Assembly (NCBI GenBank): GCA_028534125.1 | Contig: CM052844.1 | Coordinates: 12,090,001-12,154,000, forward strand | Length of the DNA stretch: 64,000 bases | DNA from: Lama glama | Taxonomy: Eukaryota | Direction of reading: 5' to 3' | Shown: positions 12,511 to 23,500 of the stretch, one piece after another | How the letters are laid out: the number at the start of each line of letters is the position of its first letter | Numbering within the stretch: the first letter of the stretch is position 1 | Notes under the pieces: generated by a model | Told to the model about the DNA's origin: nothing | What the model saw: the letters and a program-made list of their open reading frames with translations, nothing else | Databases searched by the model: none | Program-made: the position numbers and the translations under genes

Positions 12511-13024
12511 GTCTCTCTAGAGGGTTTTAGCAAATAAATTGTCTAATCTAGTTATCTAGTTTTCTCCCAAAGGACCTGCTGAGTACACAAGGCCCAGACA
12601 ACAAGGATGGTGATCCTCTCCTGTCCTGTTTCCTCTTTAATACAAGCCCGTGGAAGAGCAGCCGGCTTGAGGATGGTGATGCTCTTGACTTAACGGCATT
12701 TGAACTAGATGCTTTGCTCACACTGATTCTTCTCCCAACAGGGGAGCAGAGAAAATAGCTCTAGTTTCCCTTCCCGGGACTGGTGATGGAATTCTTGGGT
12801 AAGAATAAGAGGATACCAGAACGTCTTCATGCTGGGATCACTTCTATTTGTGTTGTTGCTGAAAAAGAACAAACCTCACCGCCTGACACTTGCAGACACG
12901 AGTCCTCAGTTCTCAGCACGATGCTTGGCGTGCTTCAGTGTTTGTTGATTGAACAAATGACAGTGCAGGGATGACAGGCATGAAGCCAGAGCATCTCAGG
13001 AAAGGTTTTTATGTGATAAAGGAC

Positions 13025-13537
13025 TGTCAACTGAAATAAAATGCACAACCTAAAAGTTGAGAGTTATGTTTTATTAGATGGGCATTTCTGAGGACTCAAA
13101 CCCCTTTGAGCCCAGGATGACAGCCTCCAAAATTGCTCTGAAGGAGATTTGGGAGATAGGGGAGGAGCTAGGATATACAGGAGTTTTACATCAAAGACCA
13201 TGTAGTCTGAACATTAAGGAGAAAACCGGGCATCTCAAGTTAAAGAATTCAGCGCTTTTCTATGTATGGGGAGGAGCAAACATCTGGGCTCATTGAAATC
13301 ATCCCTTTAATGCGCACTTAGCTATCTAGGGCCAATGTCCTGTCCTTTCTTATTCTGAGTCCGCTCAGAATGCATCCTTGTGGGTGGTTTCAGAGGCTGG
13401 GCTTCTGGCTAACCCCTCCCCATCCGCCCCCACACTGCCCTGAGCTCACTGTTGAGGGGGTGGCAGCAGCAGCTGATGACTTGATGGCTTCAGCATTCTT
13501 TGTTTACTGATACGGCTTGCAGGATTTTTCGTTCACA
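13025..13537 (-). mobile_element. MER41-like ERV1 solo LTR (laurasiatherian type)
   Basis: TG...CA ends, perfect 4-bp TSD ggac (13021-13024 / 13538-13541); aatgcacaacctaaaagttgagagttatgttttatt...catctcaagttaaagaattcagcgcttttctatgtatggg resembles cetartiodactyl MER41-like LTRs; AATAAA on minus strand. Confidence 0.85.
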
Positions 13538-13588
13538 GGACCGTGGCATAGTTTCAAAATAAGAGGATCAAACAGCAGATGTTAATAT

Positions 13589-14200
13589 TGTCAATGAGAG
13601 GTTCTTGTCGCAGAAAGAATTCAGAAACAAGACACGGAGGTCAAGAAGGCAAAGCAAGGATTTATTAGGGGAGAGACAGTACACTCTCAAGAAGAGAGCG
13701 GGCAGACCCAGGTGCGTAGCTGCCCCGAGTTGCCTTGGCAAGCTCATTATATTAGTGCAAAAATGAAATGGCAGAATATTCATTGGCAGGGAGGGGTTTG
13801 GGGTCGTCTTTCCTGATCTCCATCCCAGTTCCACCTTCCCGGGGTGGGGGGGAGGAGGGATTTTTTTGTCCTTATTTAGTCTTGATTGGGAAGTTAGATG
13901 AGGTCATAATGAACAAAAGGTTACATTCGGATGGGGGTATCATAAGCAAAAGGTTACATTTGGACAGAGGTCATCATGATCGAAAGGTTACATTTGGATG
14001 GTGGGGATTCTTGTCTTGTCCCACTCTTCTGCCTCCAGGACACCTGTCAACCCAGAAGGTATGGGTTTATCAGTCCAGAGGATCTTGTTTTTCTTGGTCT
14101 GTCCAAGGTCCCCCTTTTGTTCACAAGATGTATGATTTTCTGCCATTTGGCCCATGTCTCCCTTTCTCTGCTCATATCTAGCTACCTGCCTACTCTAACA
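13589..14200 (-). mobile_element. ERV1 (MER4-group-like) solo LTR, 612 bp
   Basis: Minus strand starts TGTTAGAGTAGGCAGGTAGCTAGATATGAGCAG and ends in CA; perfect 4-bp TSD atat (13585-13588 / 14201-14204); CCAAT, TATA-like and AATAAA (tttatt at 13661) in the expected order on the minus strand. Confidence 0.88.
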
Positions 14201-14792
14201 ATATAATTCCTACTAGGAATGTATTCAAAACTAATTGTAGAATATGCTGACAGGAAGGTGAAAGAGTTATACATTTGGGGAGGGAAGCATTGCAAGAACG
14301 GGCCCCCTGTAGAGAGTCTCAGACATTGCCCACCTGACCTTTTTCATAAATTTTTTGGTGAGTGATCTGTAGCCTGAGGTCTATGTTGCAGACAGGGCTC
14401 AGGCTGAACTTGAAAAGCCAAGATTTGGGTTCTGTTTGAAACTTCATCAATTTGCTATTGAGTACTGAATAATCTTGTGGTTTACTACCCCTGGTGCACA
14501 TAAAATAAGGAATTTTTAAATATGGCTACACATATCTGGGGTAGGTGTCTCTATATCTGAATTTTATTCTTAGTGAACCAGTATTTATTTTCCTTGTGGC
14601 TTAGTCAAAAGTCCATACTTCAAATCATAGTAAATTAGTATATGGCAAATACTTCAAGATTTGTGTTAAGTGATGCTGAACATAAATGCCATTATAAAAT
14701 CTTGGTATGACTCCAACTAGTACACTTTTTATGAAGAAGGTGATGCTGGGCATGGGATGGGGCAACTAGCATCAGACCACACAACTCTGAAC

Positions 14793-15305
14793 CCATCAGT
14801 TTAGTTCTGACTTCCAGGAACTAAAAATCTGACTAATAGTGGCCTAAACGGTAGACACTGAATTTTTGAAAACAACAAAAAATATAAAGGTAGACACATT
14901 TAGGTTGGTACAATGGCTCAGCAATGTCTTCAAACATCCAGGAGCCAGGATTTGTCTAACATTCTTGCTCCTCCATCCTTGGAGTATTGCATTTTTTTGC
15001 CCTCATGGCTGTCACCTCATGTTTACAACATGGCTGCCTCAGCTCCCGGCATCATGTGCTCATGCCAGCATCCTCAACAGAAACCTGAAGGTCAGAGGCT
15101 AGATAAAGGTCTTACCCTCTAAAGCTCTGCCTTTTTAGGCAGTAAGGAAAGGCTTGAGACTTCTCCCCTTTACTTCTCATTGTCCAGAATGATACCACAC
15201 AACTGCCCTACATGGTCACAGGGGCAGGAAAATGGGGTTATCATGAATTGTGGGCTCAGTCATTATTCACCTCCTGGTGTTGGGGAGAGCCCCACTTTCC
15301 CTGAG
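14793..15305 (-). mobile_element. MLT1K-like MaLR LTR
   Basis: ctgactaatagtggcctaaac...cctcatgtttacaacatggctgcctcagctcccggcatca...tctcattgtccagaat. Confidence 0.7.
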
Positions 15306-15312
15306 ACCTAGA

Positions 15313-15812
15313 NNNNNNNNNNNNNNNNNNNNNNNNNNNNNNNNNNNNNNNNNNNNNNNNNNNNNNNNNNNNNNNNNNNNNNNNNNNNNNNNNNNNNNNN
15401 NNNNNNNNNNNNNNNNNNNNNNNNNNNNNNNNNNNNNNNNNNNNNNNNNNNNNNNNNNNNNNNNNNNNNNNNNNNNNNNNNNNNNNNNNNNNNNNNNNNN
15501 NNNNNNNNNNNNNNNNNNNNNNNNNNNNNNNNNNNNNNNNNNNNNNNNNNNNNNNNNNNNNNNNNNNNNNNNNNNNNNNNNNNNNNNNNNNNNNNNNNNN
15601 NNNNNNNNNNNNNNNNNNNNNNNNNNNNNNNNNNNNNNNNNNNNNNNNNNNNNNNNNNNNNNNNNNNNNNNNNNNNNNNNNNNNNNNNNNNNNNNNNNNN
15701 NNNNNNNNNNNNNNNNNNNNNNNNNNNNNNNNNNNNNNNNNNNNNNNNNNNNNNNNNNNNNNNNNNNNNNNNNNNNNNNNNNNNNNNNNNNNNNNNNNNN
15801 NNNNNNNNNNNN
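15313..15812. other. Assembly gap (500 N)
   Basis: Run of n. Confidence 1.
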
Positions 15813-15831
15813 AAAAAAAAAAATCAGGCGC

Positions 15832-15890
15832 TGAACACTGGAATTTGACACAACATTGTAAAATGATTATAAATCAATAAAAAATGTTAA
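15832..15890 (+). mobile_element. Extremely 5'-truncated young L1 (extreme 3' end only)
   Basis: tgaacactggaatttgacacaacattgtaaaatgattataaatcaataaaaaatgttaaaa between identical TSDs aaaaaaaatcaggcgc. Confidence 0.85.
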
Positions 15891-16979
15891 AAAAAAAATC
15901 AGGCGCACCCCATCCTCTGTCCTGCCACAGCCTGAATATTGTTCTTTCTTCCTGTGGGACAAGGAACTGTTCAAACGCTTCGTCAAGACCGTCATGTCCT
16001 AAAAAGTTCTGAATGTCATTGTGGAATAATCAGCCACAGATTGAATGTTACAAATTTTCCAAGGTCTGTTGCAATGAAGGGAAATTTGGGGCCAGGGGCG
16101 AAGAAGTCTGCGGTGAGGCAAGGTAGACCCGGTGCGGTGGGCGCCTTTGGAAGGGCGTGGCTCACGGCTCACAGCAGCCCTGGGCACTGGCTCTGGCTTT
16201 TGGAACTCTGGGTACCCTGCACACTTACACTAGATATAACAAAGGATGAGGCCCAAGGATCAACCTGTGTTTTGAGTTTCTCTAAACTGTTTCATGGTGA
16301 TGTATCCTGAGGCTTGTATGGCTAAGAAACAAACTAACAAAGGCACACACAAAAAGAGGTAAAATTACTCCGTGGAGTGCAGGGATCCCTATTCTGAAAA
16401 ATAATCTTTTAAGTTAAAAACTTTACAGCAGAAAATGGAGCCAGAACAGAGCTATCCACAACACTTTAAAATTTGGAAGTCCATGGATGTGTGGATGGGT
16501 GTGTGTGTTTTCACACACAGGTGCGCATTTGAATTTGAACCTCCCTGTCTGATTTTGGGGGGAATCTGATAATGACATTTATCTGGTAATGAACCTCTTG
16601 ACTTGCCTCTTTCCTGTGCAGGCTTCTCCTCACCCCTTCCCAGCTGGGCCCCCACTTTGGAGGAGTTTTAGAAAACGATTGAGCTCAGTTAAGGTCCGTG
16701 GACGGACACTTGGGTATATTGAAAGGGTCCCCATGGCCTGCAGTGAAATGGTGTTGGGTGAAAAGTAGAAGCATATTAGTTATGAAAACATGTTCCCATG
16801 GTAAAAAATAATCTAGGACCCAGATGCAGGCCAAGTAAACCGGGGAAACAGGCAGGGCATACTGGGCCAAGACTCATTAAATAGAAATGGTTCAGGGGGA
16901 ACAAGAAAGCCAATGGGCTGAAAGGCAGAGGAAATGTGCATCCACAGGGCTTTGCAGCAGCTCTGAGTGTTTGGAACCT

Positions 16980-17120
16980 GATCACAGAAATTCAGAGCTA
17001 GAAGGGAGCTTAATGTTGTAGACGAGGAAACCGAGGTTGAGTGCTTTGCCCAAGGTCCCAGCTAAATCAGAGCAGAAGCCAGGTCGGGGTCCAGGACCCC
17101 CTACGCTCAGCCTGGGGGAT
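16980..17120 (-). mobile_element. MIR3/MIRc SINE
   Basis: atcacagaaattcagagctagaaggg...gtagacgaggaaaccgagg...ttgcccaaggtcccagcta. Confidence 0.7.
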
Positions 17121-17409
17121 CCCCACCACCAGGCAGTGTGGATCCGCTTCTTCTAGATTTGGTCTCTCCTGCTCATTGACATTTCACTAGGAAATGATAA
17201 AGGAAGCACAGGAAACCAGGTCTTACGAATAACTGAAAAAGTGATGAGAGAATTACAACAAAAGATGATGGGACAAAGCAAGAGTTTCTCAATGCTAGCT
17301 GCCCACTGGAACCAGGCTCCACAGGACGCTAATTTAATCCTCATCACTGTGGGTGAGGCTCCGACACTGCTCAGTATAAAAGCTTCCAGATGACAATGTG
17401 GGGCCAGAG

Positions 17410-17570
17410 TTGGCCTGACAGATCTGGACCTGAATCCCACTATTATTAGCCGTGTGACTTTAGGCACCTGTCACGTGACTTCTCCGAGCTTCACTTTGGG
17501 AGTGAAGTGGAGCCAATACGACCTGCTTTCTAAGGTTGCTGTGAGATTAGGTGAGATAAAGCATCTGTCT
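17410..17570 (+). mobile_element. MIR SINE
   Basis: acagatctggacctgaatccc...agccgtgtgactttaggca...aggttgctgtgagattaggtgagata. Confidence 0.7.
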
Positions 17571-18059
17571 GTTTCAGAGTCGTATGTGTCATTAAATGTT
17601 TGTTTCCTTGATAAGAACCCCAATCTCAAGTGATTACAATTAGAGACCATTTTTATTGTGTAAACTATTATGGAGTGAGTTTTTTTTTTCCCCTAGCGTG
17701 TTCCTAACTCCCTGAACTCACTCTCAACAATTCTCACCGAAAATTCAAGAACGGTTTTCAATTTTCAAAATAAGGTGATGGGGCCGAGTGTGTAGCCATC
17801 AGGAAAGTAATACTTAATTCGTTGACAGGGCTGTTGCTTCTGGGATTCCAATGAGCGAGCTGGAGGCGGTGAGCTTTGTGGCTCGTCCTCAAGGATGACG
17901 CAGCGCTTTCCAGAAGGAAACCACAGGGCAGTGACTTCAGAAATAAACCTTCAACGGCATCGAGTCACATATTGAGAAAACCGTCACTTTTTCAGTTCTT
18001 TTTCAGTGATTTTTCTACTCTCCATGACATTTCACTTGCTAATATCATGATTTAAATAG

Positions 18060-18280
18060 AAGGGATCTCAGAGCCTTCTTAGAGTTTACCATTGTTCTGT
18101 CTTAATTCTGTTGATGTTTATGGTTGGCTGTTATTTATGGCAAATGATACAGGTTTTCCATTTATTATAGCAAATTTGTGTAAGGAAAAAAAAATACGAC
18201 CACTTAAGGAAAATTCTTCCGTAAGCAGATGTAAAAAAAAATCATGAAGGTGGAAGATTCCTGAGTTCCTGGAATTGACT
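18060..18280. mobile_element. MER113-like hAT-Charlie fragment
   Basis: ttatttatggcaaatgatacaggttttccattta...aaaaatcatgaaggtgg. Confidence 0.55.
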
Positions 18281-18299
18281 GACCTGTGAGAACTCAGGC

Positions 18300-18410
18300 T
18301 AGACTAGTCATACACTCTTCCTGGGCCTCAGTTTCCTCAAACCTAAAATAAAAGTGTTAGATTTGACAGTACCTAAGATTACTTTCAATTTGAGCACATC
18401 TGATATTCAA
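18300..18410 (+). mobile_element. MIR3-like fragment
   Basis: ctgggcctcagtttcctcaaacctaaaataaaagtgttaga. Confidence 0.6.
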
Positions 18411-20019
18411 ATTCACCACAGTTTGGCCTTTGAAGGATAGTCTCACTCATCAAAGACACAAAAAACACCCCATTAAAAAAGGAAATGGGACGGAAAACAA
18501 ACTTCTATTGCATATTCCCATAGAAGAACTGCTTGTGGGTTACGGGTTCGTAATAAAGCCATTCCTTGCAGGAAGCGCACTCCTCTCCTGGGGCTTTCTT
18601 CTCTTGCTGATGGCCCCTATTCATTAATTTTAAAGGCTGTTGTGATCTGGGTGATTACCTACATTCAAGGGTAACGCCCAAGCCAGGTGCATCCTTTTGT
18701 GAATTTCCCAGGCAATTAGATCTGTGGATTATTGCTGGGTTAGCGTATTTCCCCCTCTTGGCACTCTTGGGAAATCTGAAGCACAGGATAGATTCTCCCA
18801 CTGCAGAGAATTAGTTAATTGGTGTAAAAGAGCATGAATTTGGTCTTATGGATGTTAACGGTGGCATCAGTGCTTGGCCGGTTGCCACCAGATTCCTAAT
18901 GGCTGGAGTACTGGTGCATGGCACACGGATGCTGACGCAGGAGGGCCGGTGACCTGGGGCAGGAGGGATGTCGGGGAGAAACTCTAGGTTTTCACAGTGT
19001 TGTTCCCCGAGGCTGGTGCCTCCTGGGAAGGGCCAGGGCTGGGGCGAGGCTGGCTGGGCCCCCAGGGTGCAGGATTCAAGGAGGAACGCTCAGCTTCCAG
19101 CAAGTTCTTCCTCGGAGTCCTGTGCCTCTGAATACTGTTAATTGATGAGTCATGATGCGAGAGCTGCTCATATTTGTCTCAGCATTGCTCTGGGCGGTGA
19201 ACTAATTTATCCTGCCCAGTTGCCGTCTTTCTCTCCTTCCTGCTCTGGGCCTTCACCACTCGGCTGCAAGGTCATGGCAGCCTCAGGGAAGACCGCCTTC
19301 CTCCTCTAGTTCAAAGTCTCCTTTGCCAGTGGCAACTCCTGCACCACCCTCGTTTTATGTGGTTTTCTGGTTACTGTTCCCTGGGATGAGAATGTCCTTG
19401 AATTCTGGAAATGAGGAGCGTCAAGACTCAAATTCAACCAGTGTCTTTTCAATGTTTCTCGTGTCCCAAACCTTGTCCTAGACCCTTCCTAGTGCCCTAT
19501 TTTACCTAAGCCTTTCTGCACGATTACGCCTATCTCAGCAAAGGGGCAACGGAAGCTTCGAAAATGACCTAGTGTCCTTTCGGGCGACAATGGGCTTCTG
19601 AAACTAGTGATTTTATGGTACCTCATCCTGTAGAAAGTTTTTCAATAGAGGAGAAATACTGGAAAAATTTCCCAGAAGGTGAAAGTATCTGGGATGGATG
19701 TGAGCTTCCCTTGGTTGGGGTTGGGAGAATCCTGTTGACCAGACTCGATAATCCTTGTGGTTGCCAGGGGTTTGCAAGAATAAGGAAGACCCTGGAGGTG
19801 GATGGTTTGTTGAGAGTTGATTTCAAGGCAGGAGATCCACACAGCTTTAGGAAGACCCATAAAGGAACGGGGTCTTTGGGTCTGGAGTTTCATGTGGATC
19901 CAGGAATCTTATTCAGTGACATGTTCTAGCAATGGTAGGCAGCGCCAGGCTTGAGAATGAATTGTCTGGAAGCGTGTGGAAGTGTTGTGTTAAGGAAATG
20001 GAGAGTTTGTCAGCAATTT

Positions 20020-20310
20020 ATTCACTCATTCATTTCCTCACTCACTCATTCACTCAAAAATACTTAGTGAGCACCTGCTAAGTGTCACATAATATTCTCA
20101 GATTGAGGAATGAGAGGAAAACCACCAGATGAGAGCCTGGCTCTCTGGAAGCTGTAGGCTGAGATCATGCCAACATGTCAAAGTTGAGCAGAGAAGGAGG
20201 AGAGAGAAAGGAGACCAGGAAGGAATGGCCAGGGAGGTGGCTGGAAAACTAGGAGGGCATGGTGTTGGTAAGCCCAGAGAAGAGAGAGTTTCCAGAAATT
20301 GGTGGAGACA
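20020..20310 (-). mobile_element. L2 fragments
   Basis: ttcactcattcattt...aaatacttagtgagcacctgcta and aaggagaccaggaaggaatggccagggaggt...aagcccagagaagagagagtttcca. Confidence 0.65.
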
Positions 20311-22121
20311 GGAAGCTGAAGAGGGGGAGCTGTCAAAAAATCTCTGTTGACCCCTCCACCTTACACCCTGATGACTTCCAACTCTTCCCCTCCAGCCTTT
20401 TCTCAAGAGGCTTTACTTCAACATCATTCCCATCAGGACGGAGCAGAGGAGACACCGCCGTGAGGAAGCGTATATCCAAGGATGGGGCGCTCGCAGGCCC
20501 GCTGGGCTGCTGCTGCATTCTTCTGGGAGGCAAGGCTCGTCACCCGTGGTGGGCTTTGACTTGGAGTCCTTGCAGGGGTGTTCTTACCTGGGGATGAAAC
20601 GGATCTGAAGGCCAGGTGTCTGTGTGCAGCGCCTTCCTCAGATCAGCCACAGACCCTGCCGGATCCCTGGGGGAGACGGGGTGCCGGGGAGCAGCCAGCC
20701 ACCACAAAGAAAAGCCCGGAAGAAAAGCAACACTGCCAGTGGCAGGGAATTCTGGAAATGCTCCCTGGAAAGCAATTCCCCTTTAGTGCCATCGTAGCAG
20801 TACCATGATACCAACTCATCTGATCCTGAGAATGGTTATAAGGACCATTTGTACAATCCTTGAGGGTTTATAAAGTGCTCCCAGGGAGCTTGTCATATGG
20901 ACTTTATTTGAGCTTGGATTGTGTGGGCAGCTCAGACGAGGAGCCTTCAAATCCTCCCGCGTCAGCTTGTGTAAGTCCCTCTGTCTCCTTTTCAAAGTGC
21001 AGCCACGGACACTGTGCCCCCCCGCCACCCACCTGGGACTGGTGTCCTGTCTTCGAATGACTTGCCGCCCAGCAGTCATGACTCTGAATCTGGCGAATCC
21101 GGGAGATTTTTCTCTTTTCTCCTATATATCTTAGAGTTTTCCCAATTTCCTGTCATAAACATGACTCCATTTGTAATTAGAAGAAAAAATTTATTTAAAA
21201 AGTCAGGGGAAGCAAGCTTCTGGAATTCACCACAGTCAACAAGACTTGCCTTCCACTGAGCCAGACCAGCAGATTGTCCAGCTACTTTGATCAAGCTTCC
21301 TGGATCAGAAGACCCGTCACATTTTTGAATATGGGCCATTAAGGTCATCAATCCACCCCTTTCATGCACCAGTCAGTGTGCAAAGAACACAACCAGCCAG
21401 AAGCAGTGTCCTAGTTCTTTAAAATAGACACTTGGAAAGCTTTCATGCCAGCAGAGCGAAGCCAAAGATATCGATCCTTGTAGATGAAGTGAGATGGATT
21501 CTGAATGTGCTATTTTCTCTTTTAAATAATTTTTTTATTAAATAATATGAGATCCTTAAAGGAAATGTGATAAATAAAAAAGGAAAAACATATCTGTTAA
21601 AGATGATCTCAAAATTTCTTTCCTTCAGTTTTCTTAAATGGAAGTAGGTAGGTTTTTGTTTTGTTTTTGTTTTTGTTTTTTGTTATTTTTTTGCATAGTG
21701 GTATTCACATTTGTTTGAATTTCTGAAATTTTTTTCCAGAATTATTCCTTAAATCTGAATAATTAAGAGTAACAATTCATTCTAAAAGTTTTTTCTTTTT
21801 TTTTTAAAGCTTTATCCAGAGTGAAAGGAAAGCTGCCTCAGGTGTGGTTCCCTGGGGTGACATCCCACAAGACAGTCCATCAGCGCTTTTATGATACAAC
21901 TTCCTCTGTGTTGAGTTCCTAATTTTAATTCTCATTTTACAGCAAGGGCCACTAGATAGTCTATCACCAGACCCCTTGCTTCTCCAAGACTTTGTTTTTG
22001 TTCCATCACTCAGAAAGATGACTCGGCAGGGTACAATGTTCTTGGTCCACAACTTTGTCCTCAAGATGTCATTGCTTCATTGTTTTTCATCATTTAAAAT
22101 GTATCCTAGTTCCCGGCCCTG

Positions 22122-22192
22122 CCTCCTCCTCCTCCCCCTCCCCCTCCCCCAGCCCCAGCCCCAGCCCCAGCCCCAGCCCCAGCCCCAGCCCC
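22122..22192. repeat. Compound C-rich microsatellite (CCT)4-(CCCCCT)2-CCCCC-(AGCCCC)7
   Basis: Read directly; seven perfect AGCCCC units at 22151-22192. Confidence 0.95.
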
Positions 22193-22596
22193 ACTGAGTT
22201 TTTGGACCATGATGAGCTGTTTCATAATCATACGCATTTCTCTGAAAGAAGAGTTTCTTTTTCTATGGCTTTGGAGATGGTGTTTATTCCAATTTGGATA
22301 TTGTGCTTATTCTCCTTTTTAAAGTTTGATTTCTATTATATCTATTGTAATATTTTTCTCCCATGATTTGTATCTTTGTCTGGATTCCAAGAGAACTACT
22401 GATGTTCGCCCTCCACACTCCTGACTGGTTTTTCTGCAAAGTTAGTTCTGCTCTTCACTGCCTGCAGTGTGGTATTATATTCTGTTGTTGCTTTTCTGAT
22501 TTTCCTGAAGCCTTTTCTATCTGACCTGTATCACTTTTAACCTCATCCTGCTGACCGTTTTCACATCAGTTGTTTACCTTTTACTGAGGATGTCTT

Positions 22597-22615
22597 CTCG
22601 CCTCCTGGTGGCCAC
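22597..22615 (-). promoter_or_regulatory. Candidate CTCF site
   Basis: Minus strand GTGGCCACCAGGAGGCGAG versus core consensus TGGCCACCAGGGGGCGC. Confidence 0.4.
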
Positions 22616-22853
22616 TTTGTTCTCTATTTAAATGATAGTCCCAGACAGTTTTCCCCAATTCCATTTTTTTATACTAGGTTTTTCCCCAGAAGTCTGCTCA
22701 CCCTCTGAATTTGCATAATGACTTCCCCCTATTTTTTAATTCAATTTCTGCCTTGTTCTTTGTTTTAATATTTTTCTTCTTGATTTGTCCTCAAATAGAA
22801 AGGATGTTTCACTTACTCTCAGCCTTGCTCTGTGGTGGTGCTCACACCTCTTT

Positions 22854-22981
22854 TTTTTTTTCTTTTTTGTGGGAGAAGGTAATTGGATTTGTTTGTTTAT
22901 TTTAGTGGAGGTACTGGGGATTGAACCCAGGACCTCGCACATGCTAAGCATGCACTCTACGACTGAGCTATACCCTCTCCC
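22854..22981 (-). mobile_element. Camelid tRNA-Ala-derived SINE, long form
   Basis: tggaggtactggggattgaacccaggacctcgcacatgctaagcatgcactctacgactgagctataccctc; perfect TSD tgctcacacctcttt (22839-22853 / 22982-22996). Confidence 0.92.
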
Positions 22982-23289
22982 TGCTCACACCTCTTTCTCA
23001 GAGGTTTGGCTGCATTTTTATTTCTGGGGTGACTCTTCAGGACTGAGATGGGAGCTTCTTTCCAGGCTTCCTAGAAGCGCTAACATTCTGAAAAGATGGA
23101 ATGCGCAAAAGAGAAAATTCCCAGAGTGGACTGACATTAGACCTCTCTGGGTCTCTGCTCCCCGATGCCCTTACATCACATCATCTAGGACAGTGTCTCC
23201 TGTGATCCTAAGCATTATTCTCAGCTTCTCTGCATTTCTTGAAAACTATCTTATAAGGGCTGTGGCGTAATCCAGTAATGACTTCCTTG

Positions 23290-23500
23290 AGAGTCTCCTA
23301 ATCTTGAGTTCACACCCCAGTTCTACTTCTGATCTGCTTGGGGGAGCTTTGGTTAGTTATTTCATATCTTTGAGCTTCACTTTCCTAAAATGAAGTCAGT
23401 AGCATTGCTATTATCATGGATTGCGAGGTTTAAATGAAGTGCTGCTTTTCCAGCACTTAGCCCAGCTGATAGTGAATTTTAAAGATTAGCTGCTGTTGTG
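23290..23500 (+). mobile_element. MIR SINE
   Basis: ttgagttcacaccccagttctact...tctttgagcttcactttcct...gaggtttaaatgaag...agcacttagc. Confidence 0.65.

Larger units (their letters stand above)
21700..22830 (-). mobile_element. Highly decayed old L1/HAL1-like segment
   Basis: T-rich strand-biased composition with L1-like patches (tcctcaagatgtcattgcttcattgt); weak evidence. Confidence 0.35.

Noticed and set aside
13025-13537. STAT1/GAS interferon enhancer in the MER41-like LTR
   Set aside because: I found no TTCnnnGAA in this copy.
13900-14000. CRISPR-like or coding repeat (KRLH repeat in ORF 13768-14181)
   Set aside because: Eukaryotic LTR tandem repeat without unique spacers; the 33/34-bp period breaks the frame.
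13025-14200. A provirus bounded by two LTRs
   Set aside because: The LTRs are unrelated in sequence, each has its own TSD, and only 51 bp with no internal viral sequence lies between them.
20430-20720. CpG island (also 9600-9790 and 16090-16190)
   Set aside because: Short, only mildly CpG-enriched patches; not island-like by inspection.
21976-22366. PQ- and SP-repeat proteins
   Set aside because: Translations of the AGCCCC microsatellite.
22900-22981. tRNA-Ala(AGC) genes (also at 9036, 10310, 30330, 62757)
   Set aside because: A-rich tails, TSDs and stem-breaking substitutions mark them as SINE copies.
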